Shown in pieces: positions 1 to 13,448 of a stretch of DNA of 64,000 nt (position 1 is its first letter; every line of letters starts with the position of its first letter). Position numbers and translations under genes: made by a program. The DNA comes from Daphnia carinata. Lineage: Eukaryota. Under the pieces are notes generated by a model. The model did no database searches. It worked only from the letters and a program-made list of their open reading frames with translations, and was not told the DNA's origin. Location of the stretch: assembly GCF_022539665.2 (NCBI RefSeq), contig NC_081332.1:6014001-6078000 (forward strand), given 5' to 3'.

Positions 1-2450
1 CAATACTAAAATTATTAATTTATTTCCCTCGTCTGCCTTGCAATAATCCGGTTTATCGCTCGAAATTTAACGTTGGTTTCAATAAAGTGATTAGTGTTCT
101 GGTTAAACCGGCCCTTTTTTAAATATCGGAAAACAAAGTGCTGCTTTCCATCAACTTTATTTTTTTTTTTTTTTTTACGAGTAGTTTAAAAACTATAAAA
201 CCAGTTGAAAAACAAAATTGATTTTCGTGATTTCCATTCAATTGTGAATCGAAACCATGTCTTTTAAGCCAAATTTAAAATTTGGCCACGATTAAACTTC
301 ACGCCAAAACAAAGTTCATTATCGTGATTCTAGTTGAATTTTGAATCTAATCATGCATAGTTGTCTCTATTTATTGATTATTTAAGAAAAATCGAAGAAT
401 TTTGATGTGCCGCACTAGCACTGTAGCGTACTGGCCCGCCATATCAATACATATAGCCTATAGAAATTTTAAGCCCGACAAAAAAATAAGCCCGACTTTT
501 CCTTTAGAAAAAATAATACCATCACATAAAAATTACTATATGTGATTTAGATTCCAAATTAAACGAAGATTACGAAAATAAACCTTGTTTTTACGTAGAA
601 TTTATGGGTTTTGGTTAATCGAAGAACTTTGATGTGTCGCGCTAGCGCTGTAGCATACTAGCGCGTTACTAAGTTCTTCGATTCAGTGTATTTCCAAAAC
701 GGTTGATGTGACGAAAAAAATAACAATTTTCTTGGAATCAGCATTTAATTTTTAGAATATCGTGTGATTTTCAACCAATTCCAATGAATGTCAGTTTTTG
801 CAGGTTTTTGAGGCAAAATTCCCGACGGTCATATCCTTCATTTTTCTTCACATAATTACGCCCAATATAAAAAAAAGCCCGATTTTCGTGATCAGCGATA
901 AATTCCAAATCGGAATAATGTATTTTTAATTAAATCTAGAATTTGACGAAAATAGAAAAAGTAGGAAGGCTATAGCCTTCTTACTTTTCATTTTTGGCCA
1001 AATTTCAAATTTGGCTTAAGATACATGATTTCGATGCAGAATGCAATGCAAATCATGAAAATAAAGTTCATTTTTTAATTGGCAATATAGTTTTTAAATT
1101 AAACAAAAAAAAAAACAGAAAGCCAGGCTTATTTTGTCGGGCTTAAAATTTTTCCTAATAAAAAATAATATCATTAAATCTAGGTAACTATATATGATTC
1201 TGATTCAAAATCAACCAAACAACACGAAAGGGAATTTGTTTTTACGTAGAGTTTATAGTTTTGGAGTAATCTAAAATATAAAATTAGGTGCGAATCGAAA
1301 CCATTTCTAGCGCGCCAGTACGCTACAGCGCTAGCGTAATGCATCAATATTTTAGATTATTCAAAAACTATAAACTCTGCGTAAAAAAAAATTTCATTTT
1401 CGTGTTCCTTGCTAAATTTTGAATCAGAATCGTATATAGTTATCTAAATTTAATGATATTATTTTTTAAAAGGAAAAAATTTTAAGCCCGACAAAATACG
1501 CCCGACTTTTAGTTTTTTACGGTTAATTCAAAAACTATAAGCTCAGTATAAAAATATACCACATTTTCGTGAACAGCGATGAATTTCAAATCAAAATAAT
1601 GTACTTTTAAGTAAATCTAGAATTTGACGAAAATTGAAAAAGTGGGAAGGCTATAGCCTTCTTACTTTTTCAGTTTTTGAATCTTCTGTTTTTTATGGTT
1701 TATTCAAAAAGTATAAGCCTAATATAAAAATAAACCACATTTTCGTGATCAGCGATCAATTTCGCATCAGAATAATGTACTTTTAAGAAAATTGTATTTG
1801 TTTTCGCGAGCTTATAGTTTTTGACTAATCTAAAATATAAAATTAGTGTGTGCGAATCGAAACCATTACTAGCGCGCCAGCACAGCCATCACAGCGTTAG
1901 CGTGACACATCAAACTTAAATCTAGAATTTGACGAAAATTGAAAAAGTGGGAAGGCCTTCCCACTTTGACGAAAATTCATCAAAAAGCGACATCTCTTGG
2001 AATTGGGCTAAAATCACAGGGTATAATGGAAATCAAGCGCTGATTTTGAATCAGTGAATTGTTTTGTCCTTTAATCAGCCGTTTTTTTAATATAAGAAAA
2101 AGTGCTATTAGCGCACTCACTTAATTTTTTGTTTTTTTTCGATTTATTAAAAAACTGTAAACCTAATGTCAAAATAAACCCGACTTTCGTGATCAGCCAA
2201 CAATTCCGAATCGGAATAATGTAATTTTAGTTAAACTTAGAACACTTTTGTCAAAATCCGCCAAAAAGAACCTCTCTTGGAATTCGTCAAAAATCATGAT
2301 TTCGATTAAGCGATTGGTTTTCTTGTTAAATCAGCCGTTTGTTAAGTTTACAAATTTTGCTGTAAATTTTTTGGCTTGAAAATAAGCCCGACTTTTCAAC
2401 CATTCGGGCTTATCTTGTCGGGCTTAGTTTCCCGATCTGACGAAAATGTA
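1..2450. repeat. AT-rich complex repeat block of ~680-bp units with internal inverted symmetry (probable non-autonomous DNA transposon interior or satellite)
   Basis: Recurrent AAGCCCGACAAAATAAGCCCGAC in both orientations; hairpin GGAAGGCTATAGCCTTC at ~964 and ~1645; CTAGCGCGCCAGTACGCTACAGCGCTAG at ~1308; no credible ORFs; homologous to 10340-11966. Ends approximate. Confidence 0.85.
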
Positions 2451-3329
2451 TGTCACTTTGAATGCTATAATAAATTACAAATTTTGCTCAAAGCTAAACG
2501 CTGATCAGGAAAATTATCCGTTCTTTCCCGAAACGGCTGTTTTTAATAAGTTATCCTGCAGTATGCTTGAGCTGTACTGTATTGGCGCACCAGTATTGCT
2601 ACAGTTTTTCGATTTCGAATATCATCTTTTTGCCGATTAACGTTTTGATTTTTTTGGACTGGAAATCTAATGTCAGTCTGCTAAGATTTGATACCTTTTA
2701 AAACTAAATCGTTGGTATTATTGTCATAATTGTATTGTCAAACTAAAATTGATATGAATATTCTGGAAGAACGCCGAATTGGGAAACAATGCATACACAC
2801 TTATCAGAATGAAGAGCCTTGGCTGTCTTCGGAGATAATGTCTTCTTATATAAAGTTGCAATATTATTAAAACATATGGAGTTTTATGTAGTCGACCTTT
2901 GGAATAGTCGTAAGTTATTTTTGACAGTGTTACACTGATATAACTGTTGATGCAAACGAGAAAGCGTTTAAAAACGATTTTGCCTTCACATATATATTTG
3001 TGTGTTTCCTTAGGTAAGCTGAGGGTGGATTCAAACGTGTTGATCACGTTGAAAATAAGATCCTAAGTGGCCAAAGTCGACTTACTCTAGAAAACGGAAC
3101 TTGGAAAATTATTTAAATAACACAGAAACCATAATTCAATTCGTCAGTGGTCACATATTGCCCCAAGAACCGATTTCGAACGATAAGCATCCACCTCAAA
3201 GGACTTACCTAACCCGCTTATCGGTAAGATCTTTACGTCGTGAGGCTACGCGTCTTTTAAAGGCCAATTTCTCCATCATTCTTGTCATTACCGCAGTAAG
3301 TTTCATCGGTTATCGTTGTATATTTCGTC

Positions 3330-4174
3330 ATGAATACCCATCAGGTAAGCTTCGGTTTGATGTGACTAGAATCAAGCATAAATGTTTAGCATTTTCTAAA
3401 TTCATAACTCTAGGTACTAGTAGCGTTGCTGGTAGCAGCTTGTTGTGTTTATGCCTGCGTTCATCCGCCTTTGCCTCCAGATTACACGAACGAGCAATAC
3501 GTCGGCGTGTGGTACGAAATTGGCAGGGTATGAGAACCTGAGCACTATATAAATATAATTACCTAATACGGAAATCACCAATCAGATCCAAACGCCGGGT
3601 GGAGCGGAATTCCAGAAGGATTGCATTTGCACCAAGACTACAATCACATCCGCTTATCCCGTTTGGGGTGACGCTGAAGTCACTTATGAATGCAGGAACT
3701 ACACTGCAGATAACCCAAATATCACCTCCATAGATGGCAAGTTGGCTTTTTAATATTTCAAAAGCAAAATAAATTGTTGAATATTTTTTTTTTTACCTCT
3801 TTGGAAAACGCTCAACAGGTATTCTAATTGCGGGTGAAGTTCCAGGAAATTTCAATCAGCGATTTCCTCCATTAATTCGTGGTGTTGATTATAACATTAT
3901 CTGGATTGACCAAGACACGGTAATGGAGTATGATTGCCGTATTACCGCAACCAGCGAGGAATATTGCGTCCACTTTATGTCGCGCACAATCACCATCGAG
4001 CCGGCCAAGTTACAGACCATGATTGATTTCGCAGGTAAATTGCATTGCACAAATTACTAATGCGAAGCGCAATTTTTGCATGGTGTTTTAATCTATTTTC
4101 GTATTATAGAGGGCCTTGGCTTGAACCCTCTTGGCATCCCATACCTATCGGTTCAGCAAGAGGGATGTTGGTAA
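3330..4174 (+). CDS. Secreted lipocalin (apolipoprotein D-like), 5 exons, ~186 aa
   Basis: Exons 3330-3344, 3414-3527, 3586-3736, 3819-4034, 4110-4174 splice in frame (561 nt). Signal peptide MNTHQVLVALLVAACCVYA; lipocalin SCR1 motif QYVGVWYEIGR; DCICT; YNIIWID; FMSR; C-terminal QQEGCW*. Intron 3 requires a GC donor. Confidence 0.85.
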
Positions 4175-5734
4175 ATTTCCCGATATTAATTTCGATGTCG
4201 AGTTTCAATCCTTAATTTAGAGTATTGTCGCGGTGTTTGCCAATAACGCCGTACATATTTAAACCTCTGAATTGCTAAATACATTTGTTTTTCTGCGTAT
4301 TTACGGCTTATGGTTGGCCAATGCTGATGCAAAGAACAAACAATCGTGTGATTGGGAAAAAAAAATAATAGACTTTAGGTCACCCGATCACAACTACGTC
4401 GTTTCCCAAGTTTACACAACTATTTCAAATGTTTGGGCGAAATTTTTAGAAACGGTTGCAAATTAGTGTATTATGGCGAGAAATCTACCATTTCTACTTT
4501 TTCGCTTGGTGTCATCTATTGTGTCGATTCTCAGTTCTGAACTGCCTTAGGAGGAAGCGGGAAAGTAACACTCGGAAACATTTGACGACGTTTATATGAA
4601 CTTAATTAACAACAACTAAGAGTTCTTGTCCGAGCGTTTCCGTCGTAAAATTTCCCAAACTCTTTTTTGTCTTCTTTTTTTTAAAGGATTTTTAGAGACT
4701 AGTAAAAATTAAACACAATAAAAACTGATGAGGCCTATCTTGGTGGTAATGCCCGTCCAAGGGCATTAGCCAACGACTCAGCTCTTTCTTTTTAAATAAG
4801 CTTGTCCCTATAGGTGTTAATAGACATTCTCATCATGTCCCAACGCTTCGACTAGTTTATAGCGGTAAACGAGGAAACAAATAAAAACAAAGAAAAAACG
4901 TATAGAAAACGAAGGAGTATCAACCTGTTATTTATTCTGAAAAATACATGAATCCTTGCTGAAAATTCGTCATAATCTGTGGAGTTCTCGTTTTGGGTGG
5001 GGTCTACATTGGTCACCTGCAATACGCATGCACACCTGCAATTACAACCAATCAGATCGACAGCCCAAGGCCAGGTGAATAAACAAAGGGAAAGACTACC
5101 TAGCAGCAAAAGACGAGCTCGACTTCTCTCTCACAAAACATTGATAAAACTATGCATACATCTCAGGTAAGCGTTACACACCAGGCCATAGAGCCTGGAG
5201 AGTCTCAGCTGACAGGGCCCTAAGGGTAGGGAAACGTTACCTGGCGGCCCAGTTTTCGTTCTCCCCCTCCTTTACAGACGAAGGAGGGAAGTTTTCTCAA
5301 TAGTCGAAGAAACTATAGCCAAGTTGTTCAGTCAGTTGCGAACAGTGGCCCGAGCTGGACAGCCAAATAACCGTCAGCCAGGGGGGTGACTCACGACAAG
5401 GAAATTTAATTTCGTTTTCGCTGTCGAAGTTCGTTGAGTGGAATACATCAGAGCTGTATAGTTTGCTTTGTTGTTTTCTCGGCGTGCAAGATAATACACA
5501 AGCGAAAAAAGAGAACCAACAATCTGAAATCAAGGCCTTTTTGATTTGAAATCTGAGTCTGTGTGTGCCGTGGCATCTGTTTCTCTATTTTGGCAGTGAT
5601 GTTTGTGCACGTGCTGAACTGAAATTGCCAAGCTCTTTTTCGTTAGTCACAAGGAAACGAGAAGAACTTGGTTATTTTGGCTACATAGTACGCCTATCGA
5701 CAGTGTGTAGGAAATACCTGAGAGGAACGCAAGA

Positions 5735-8700
5735 ATGCAGCGACGTCGTCATCTTTCTCCACGTCTTGTGTTGATGATGGTAGCTGTATTCTTGTCGATT
5801 AGGGTCATTCGAGTGCAGGGTCATGGTCGACTGGTCGAGCCTCCATCAAGAGCTAGCGCATGGAGGTAAACTAACGTTTTCTTTACCCTGTCCTTTCTTC
5901 TTGTGTTTTTTTTATTTCCCTTTCGTACAATGTCGATACACCCGGTTCACCTGTTAATTGTTAAGAACTCTTCATGTTCTTTTGCCGTTGGCTTGGCGTC
6001 GGATTGGTAATTGAATTGCCTACCCATAGGATTCACCTGGTTGTTTTTTTAGGTTGATTACATTGAAATTTGGAATGCAAAGAACCAGCCTAGAAAAAAA
6101 AACTAGATCGCCTTGTTTTTTAATTCTAGATTTTCTTTTTCCTTCTCTTGTCTGGCCGGATTTATTACAACATTGACTCCGTTTTCATGTTTTTTCGTTT
6201 GATTTGCTTCCGTATAAGGGAATCCTGTTTCAGCATGATTGGTTTAGACCATGGGATTCGTAACGTTGCGTTAGTCGCAGAAAGAATTGCAAGAAGAGTT
6301 CAGCGGCCTATCATTAAACAAATTGATTTCCCTTTTCCCCACTTCCTGTTGTATCACGGAAACCATCTCAATTCGATGTAATCAAGGATTTTCTTGGCTG
6401 CCAATTGTCACATCCATTTTATTTTTAGGTATGGCTTTTCCACCGAGAAAGATTACAATGACAGTGAATCTTACTGCGGAGGATGGGCACGTCAACATGG
6501 GCGCAACGGTGGTAAATGCGGGGTCTGCGGAGATGCATGGGATTTACCCCAGGTAAGTTCACACACATCATGGCGTGAAAGATTTTTTTTCCCTCTTCCC
6601 TCTCCTTTTTTTCTTTGCGGTCGAAGTCGCTTAACACCTCGACACTTTCCGTTCTCCAAGTCTCGCATATTTTGCTTATCCCCCTCCCATTATTCCATTC
6701 TATTGTATTTTTTGTTTTGTCTTGTGCTTTACGCTTCCAGAAAATGATTATTCTTTTGGTGAGACTCGAACGGAATCGAGAGCACGAAAACTCTTGTTCT
6801 GGCCTCAATTGCCGTTCGAAATCAGTGACATCATTTTTTGTTTTATACCCGAATAATGTACGCTACTCAATTTCTCGTCTTCCTTTGAACTTTACCGTCC
6901 ATCAGGCGGAACTCTTGACTTTTGCACCCACTTCAGCGTCTACATTGCCTATAAAGCTGAAAAAAAAGACAACTAGGTTACACTAGAAAGCGGAAATAGA
7001 TCCATCCATCCATCACCTTATTTTTATTTCAGCCTCTTCTTGCCTCATTTCTTGCTCCCCAAATCCAGTATTGTTTATGATCTATAGCCTCTTGATTGTT
7101 CTTCCGGTTTTTCTTTGACGTATTTCTTTTCACCATTGAAAAATTTCGTTGTTCCAGCCTCGTGCACACGAACATGGCGGTCGCTACGGTCAAGCGACGA
7201 TTGTTCGGACGTACAAGATGAACGCCGACATCGAAATTGGCGTCGAGCTGACGGCCAACCACCAAGGCTACTTTGAGTTCCGTCTCTGCGAGCACAACCT
7301 AGCCAAACACCCGGAAACAGAGGAATGCTTTGATCGCAATTTACTACGCAAGTCCAACGCCGACGCCGGCGACGCCCAAAGCCACAGGTAAACAATCTTT
7401 CGATGAAAAATGCTTCCCATAGCAGTGAAATAAGCGCTACACACACTCAAGAACCTTTCCCCTTCCAGTTTTCGTAGCTTGCGTTCCCACTCGACAGCTT
7501 GAATTATTCTACATTGACATGCCGTTGTTGAATGACTTCGCTCTTTAACGGCTTTAGGCTAACAACAATAATTATTTTAGCTATAAGCAAACATCGTGCT
7601 TTGTTTATGTCATCAACTTATCGTGCGAATCGGCTGAGGTTTTTGTTTCGTCTCCGCTTTCTTAGTGGGAAAAACAAAAATGCAGTCCCACCAAACTTCG
7701 TATACTTTAGAGTCTTTCTACTTGATCAAATTGCCATTGCGAGTTCTCGTGAAAGATAGATGAGAATTTAATTATTGCGCCCCTCTTTCGCTACGTTTTC
7801 GTGCGGACATTGTGTCGCAAAATCATGGCAATTAACAAGCGTGGCATTCTCAAGCTTTCATATGGCCACGATAAACTTAGTTTAAAGAAAACACGTTTCC
7901 CGAAATTCATTTACGATTGAATTCGTTTTCGATACTGCTGGAAAATCAATGCTTTCCCTCAGTTTCACATTTCCTCGCTCACAGGCAACAAAAGAGAATC
8001 GGATATAGAGATTCACCATATAATATGTAGATGCTTAAGAGAATTAGAAAATAAATTTGGGAAAAGAAAATAATAATGCGGGAAAACGTGAAATCGTGCT
8101 AGTAATGTTCCAATGCTGACCAATTGATTTCAGGTACTTTCCAGGCGAAGGACATAACGTTGTTTTTCGTTCAACTTACAAGCTACCCGAGGGTCTAACG
8201 TGCAGCCAATGCGTCTTGCAGTGGCGATACGTTGCTGGCAACAACTGGGGTAATTGCGCTAATGGCACTGAAGCCGTCGGATGTGGTCCCCAGGAACATT
8301 TTTTCGGTAAAAACAATATTAAAAACTCGAATTCAAAAAGGCATGAATACAAAATAACTCACGCCCAAATTGTTGCAGGTTGCGCTGATATCAAAATTAC
8401 AGAGGATGGAATGCCTGACGCGACTACGATTTCACCGAAGATGACCACAATAACAACATTTAAACCGAGAACACGAGGAACGGTCACTTCACGTTACGTC
8501 CGACCAACTAAAACTGTGGAACCTTCAACTTCAACTACGACAACACCTCCAACTCAAAGACAATCATCGACAACGTCGTCGACCACTTCAGCTCCGGAAC
8601 TGGAACCCCCGGTGTATCACTACAACTACTTCAATCCGGGAACTTACATTGGAGTTATCATCACCCTTGCCACGCTGCTGTTCGCCATTATTTGCATTGG

Positions 8701-9043
8701 AGGAACGATTTTGTATTTTTACTACTTCCATCCGATGGTCAAAAATCTCATCAGCGAACGGTGGCGACACGTGCGCAGCCAGGTGAATCCATCCGAACGC
8801 AAAGCTCCTCTGAAGCTGCCAGCCTCCGTTTTTGCACAGCAAGAACCTCCTCATCTCTCGAATTCGGGTGATGTCAAACCGCCAGTTCCGCCACGAATCC
8901 GTCGAACTGGTGATCTTCGACTACTGTCGCTAACAATCAGCGAACCGCTGGATGTCACCATCAATGGCATCGCTGTGCCAAGAGACGGTGCCAGTTCAAC
9001 CACGTCCGGCCAGAGTGAAGAAAAGAATTCTAGCTCTGCGTGA
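5735..9043 (+). CDS. Lytic polysaccharide monooxygenase, AA15 family, with Thr/Ser-rich stalk, one TM helix and cytoplasmic tail; 440 aa
   Basis: Exons 5735-5865, 6429-6552, 7158-7387, 8134-8306, 8379-9043 total 1323 nt in frame. Signal peptide then HGRLVEPPSRASAWR (N-terminal His-brace His); CGG...GKCGVCGD; ELTANHQGYFEFRLC (second His); CVLQWRYVAGNNWG; CGPQEHF-GCADI; TM IGVIITLATLLFAIICIGGTILYFYYF. Confidence 0.92.
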
Positions 9044-10339
9044 GTCATCAATCACTGACTTGCTTCTCTTCCTTTCCCGGAAGACAAGCTATAGGCAAAT
9101 TTTTATACAACCACTAAAGTTCCTTTCGAGCCGCCTTTATTGGGGCCACGTTCTCAGATTTTCTCTTCGTAAATCGTCTAATATACTTCCTTTATCTGTA
9201 CATTTTGCCTACCACCCTAAAAATCTAACGTCATCCAGCGGCATAGTCTCAGCCGCTTGAACAATATGGGCTCTCATAATGAATGTACTGTCAAAGTTTC
9301 AAATATAACGTGTAAATATGAAAACTTGTGTATTAAAGGCTCATTCGCGCTAAATATATAGTCCTGATTTAATTGACCACGAATCGTTTTTTTACAACAT
9401 CGAACAACAAACATGTAGGCATTTTTCTACTGGAAGAATATAATACAAGAGAAGATGTGCAATTCCATCGTTAGTGATAAGTTGTCGTTATGATGCAATC
9501 AATTTTGATTGCAGCCTGAATGCCTGTCACGAATTTCACCTTGAACGCATTTAATTGATGATCACATGATCTAGACGTGAGGTCAAGTAACTTTTCGTAG
9601 AATGCCTCGAATCTTTAAACGATTCTCAAACTCTTCCGGTTCGCCATACTGGAAATGTGCCCTGCATTCACGCAGTCTCCATTACAAGAAGTAACGTTAT
9701 GCGGGTTTGTTTTCGCATGCTTAAACTCTCCTAAGATACGGTTGAAATGCTTACTAAATAATCTGAGTACACCGCAAAAACAAATCTGGCTCGTAGGCAA
9801 TTTTCTTCAGCTATTAAGTATGTTGTTCGCAACGTTTACCAATGGCTTAAAACTTCTGTGTTTATTTAGTCATTGTTTTAATACCAAAATAACAACAACA
9901 GAACTATGAATTAAAATGTTTTTTTTTCAGATTATGTGGTTATTGATGAGTTCTGTATTGTCATAAATAAATGGAAATTAACTTCCTCAGTTTCACTGAA
10001 AGTTGTGATAGCGAAAGCGTGCCAGCCATGGGGTAGAACATAACGCAGCACGCTTCTGTTCAATAAAGATAAGTTCCATTTGTCCAATTTTTCTCCAGTC
10101 GACGACCGACGTCACGCAGTCGGTTATCGAAAACCGCTGTTCGGGAAAGCTGCTTTCCCTCTTCGCCACACTTGCAGAGAGTGTTGACAAAAAAACCCTC
10201 TACACTCCATTGTTTTATAATACATAATAAGACTGGTAACGCAGAAAATGGGAGAACAAAGGTTTTGCGCCAGCAGCCTTTTTCCTCCGTTTCTTTCAAA
10301 AACGGTTGGGCTGAAGAAAAAACTAATAGTATTTTTGAA

Positions 10340-11966
10340 GTCAGCGTTCAATTTTGAGTGTAGTGTGTAATTTTTATAGAATTCCAAGAGATGTCCGTTT
10401 TTACCGATTTTTGAGGCGAAATTCCCACGGTCATTTCCTTCGCTTCCTTTCATTTTTTAAGTCCAATGTCAAAGTAAGCCCGATTTTCGTGATCAGCGAT
10501 CAATTTAGAATCGAAATAATGTATTTTTAACTAAACCTGGAATTTGACGAAAATCGAAAAAGTGGGAAGGCTATAGCCTTCTTACTTTTTCATTTTCGGC
10601 CAAATTTCAAATTTGGCTTAAAATACATGATTTCGATGCAGAATTAAATGCTAATCACGAATATAGAGTTTATTTTTTAATTAGCCTTATAGTTTTTGAA
10701 TTAAACAAAAAAAAAAGAAAGTCGGGCTTATTTTGTCGGGCTTATTTTGTCCTATTAAAAAATAATATTACTAAATCCAGATAACTATATACGAGTTTAA
10801 TTCAAATTGAGTCAAAGAAAACGAAAATGCAATTTGTTTTTACGTAGAGTTTATAATTTTTGAGCAATCAAAAATATAAAATTAGGTGCGAATCGAAACA
10901 ATTACTAGGGCGCCATACGCTACAGCGCTAGCGTGACACTTCAAATTTCTTCGATTATTCAAAAACTATAAACTCGACGTAAAAAAAAATTTCATTTTCG
11001 TGTTCCTTGTTAAATTTTGAATCAGAATCATATATAGTTATCTAGATTTCATGATTTTATTTTTTATAGGAAAAAATTTTAAGCCCGACAAAATAAGTCC
11101 GGCCTTCTGTTTTTTGTTTAACTCAAAAACTATAAGCCTAATGTCCAAATAAACATGATTTTCGTAATCAGTGATGAATTCTGAATCTAAATAACGTGTT
11201 TTTAATTAAATCTAGAATTTGACCAAATTTGAAAAAGTGGGAAGGCTATAGCCTTCTTACTTTTCCATTTTTGGCCAAATTTCAAATTTGGCTTAAAATA
11301 CATGATTTCGATGCAGAATGGAATTCTAATCACGAATACAGAATTTAATTTTTAATTAGCCATATATTTTTTGAATTAAACAAAAAAAAACAGAAAGTCG
11401 GGCTTATTTTGTCGGGTTCATTTTGTCGAGCTTATTTTTGTCGGGCTTAAAATTTTGTCCTATTAAAAAATAATATCATTAAATCTAGATAACTATATAT
11501 GATTTCAATTCAAAATTACCCAAAGAAAACGAAAATGGAATTTGTTTTTACGTAGAGTTTTTAGTTCTTGAGCAATCTAAAATATAAAATTAGATGCGAA
11601 TCGAAACCATTACTAGCGCGCCAGTACGCTACAGCGCTAGCTTGACACTTCAAACTTCTTTGATTATTCAAAAACTATAAACTCGACGTAAAAACAAATT
11701 TCATTTTCGTGTTCCTTGTTAAATTTTGAATCAGACTCATATATAGTTATCTAGATTTAATGAAATCATTTTTTTATAGGAAAAAATTTTAAGCCCGACA
11801 AAATAAGTCCGACAAAATAAGCCCGGCTTTTATTTACGGTTAATTCAAAAACTATAAGCCCAATGTTTAAAAAAAAAACGATTTTCGTGATCAGCGTTCA
11901 ATTTCGAATCAGAATAATGTATTTTTAACCATATCTAGAATTTTACGAAAATTGAAAAAAGTGGGA
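10340..11966. repeat. Second block of the same ~680-bp palindromic repeat family
   Basis: Same motifs as 1-2450 (hairpin at ~10565 and ~11241); ~10388-10600 aligns with ~786-1000 in the same orientation. Ends approximate. Confidence 0.85.
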
Positions 11967-13448
11967 CCGAAGCATTTGCTGGAACTGGCCAGATTGCTGG
12001 GAATCCAGCCTATCCAGGAAGCGATAAGCGTAATCGCTCTGGACTACAGTAGTGTTCTCCAGGGAAGTCAACTGGTGCTTTTGACTAGAAACAAACACAA
12101 CGGGAATAGAAAAAAAAGAAAGAAGAACGCAAAACTAGCTACCGTATCCAACTGAACACAGAACCAGTTAAACTGTAACACAATGTAAATTTCTTTGTGT
12201 ATTGCATAAAGAACTGATCACCCCAATTCCCCTGTATTTAGGAGAGCTATTGAGCATAATGATGGCACTTTAACAGTATAGCTGTCTATTCAAATATCAA
12301 GGTTTATTATAGACAGTACACACAGGTTCTTCAGCAGAAGTATATGATTTTAAAACTATCTTGAAAACGTCAGATTTACAGCTTCGGTGGCAATAATACT
12401 ACAAAAGCTTTCAACGAGGATTACCGTAAAATACCCTATCTTCGTTCATGTGTAAGACTATTTATTCAGCCTTAACGTTGCGTAGTTTGAGTACAAGCAT
12501 TAATAGTCCATTTCATGAAAAGATCGCTGTTGGAAGTTCACAAATAAAAGACAGTATACAATTTTGCTCCTTCCTGATTCTCTACAAAACATGAAACCAT
12601 CGTGCGATGCACCTTCTCCAAGTACCAATCTTTGTGGGTAATAAAGAGGTTTAGATTTCTCATTAGGGAGTCTTGTTTTCGCTAGCTTTTGTGCGAATGC
12701 CGACTGATGAATGCAAAATGGAAGCAAGAAAGGAGAAATGGATATCGTAAGCTTATGCAAGACCATCATTTTCACTGGATATCGAGGGAGATCTTTGCAA
12801 TCTAATTCTGAAACATAGTATGGCAAGGAACAATGGGAAAAGCGATGTCGTGTGAAACAAAATTAGTTCCTCGTCCACTAAAAAGCACATTTACTTTCTT
12901 TTTCAGTTAGCCAGCGAAAGTATACCCGAAAGATTCAAGACAATCTAAACCACTGATTTCTATTTGAAGACGACACAGTCAGTAGCATCGATCAATTGGC
13001 TGTGCTTAAAAGAAAAACATTTCCCTTTCATTAACTTTCCATTTCATTTGGAGCCACAACGCGTATTTTCCTTCTATCGACAGTTGTAATTGATGTAGTA
13101 ACAAATCATCAACGAACTGGGGAAATGATATTCTATGTCTGACAACTGCAGTAACTATTCAACATATGGACTTACTAATAGCATGATTTCGATAACACAA
13201 TGTGTATGCCAAGAAGACAGAAAAACAATAATTATTACGCTCCATCCAACAAAACAGCAAATATAGAGGGTGGTACGGGGGAGAAGCACAGAAGGAATGT
13301 TGGGTGAAAAATCTGCAAGATGAAGAACAGTTACAGCTACGCTCAACTGACATTCAGAATCGAAACATCTCTACACTGGTTCACAGAGACAAATTAGTGA
13401 GAATAAGAAAAGAAAAAAAAATAAGAAAAAAAAACAAAACACTAACAT

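Noticed and set aside
3101..3541. 146-aa ORF on + strand
   Set aside because: No ATG start or family motifs; overlaps the real lipocalin exons in another frame.
11952..13353. ORFs downstream of beta-adaptin
   Set aside because: No motifs or splice structure; probably 3' UTR or intergenic.
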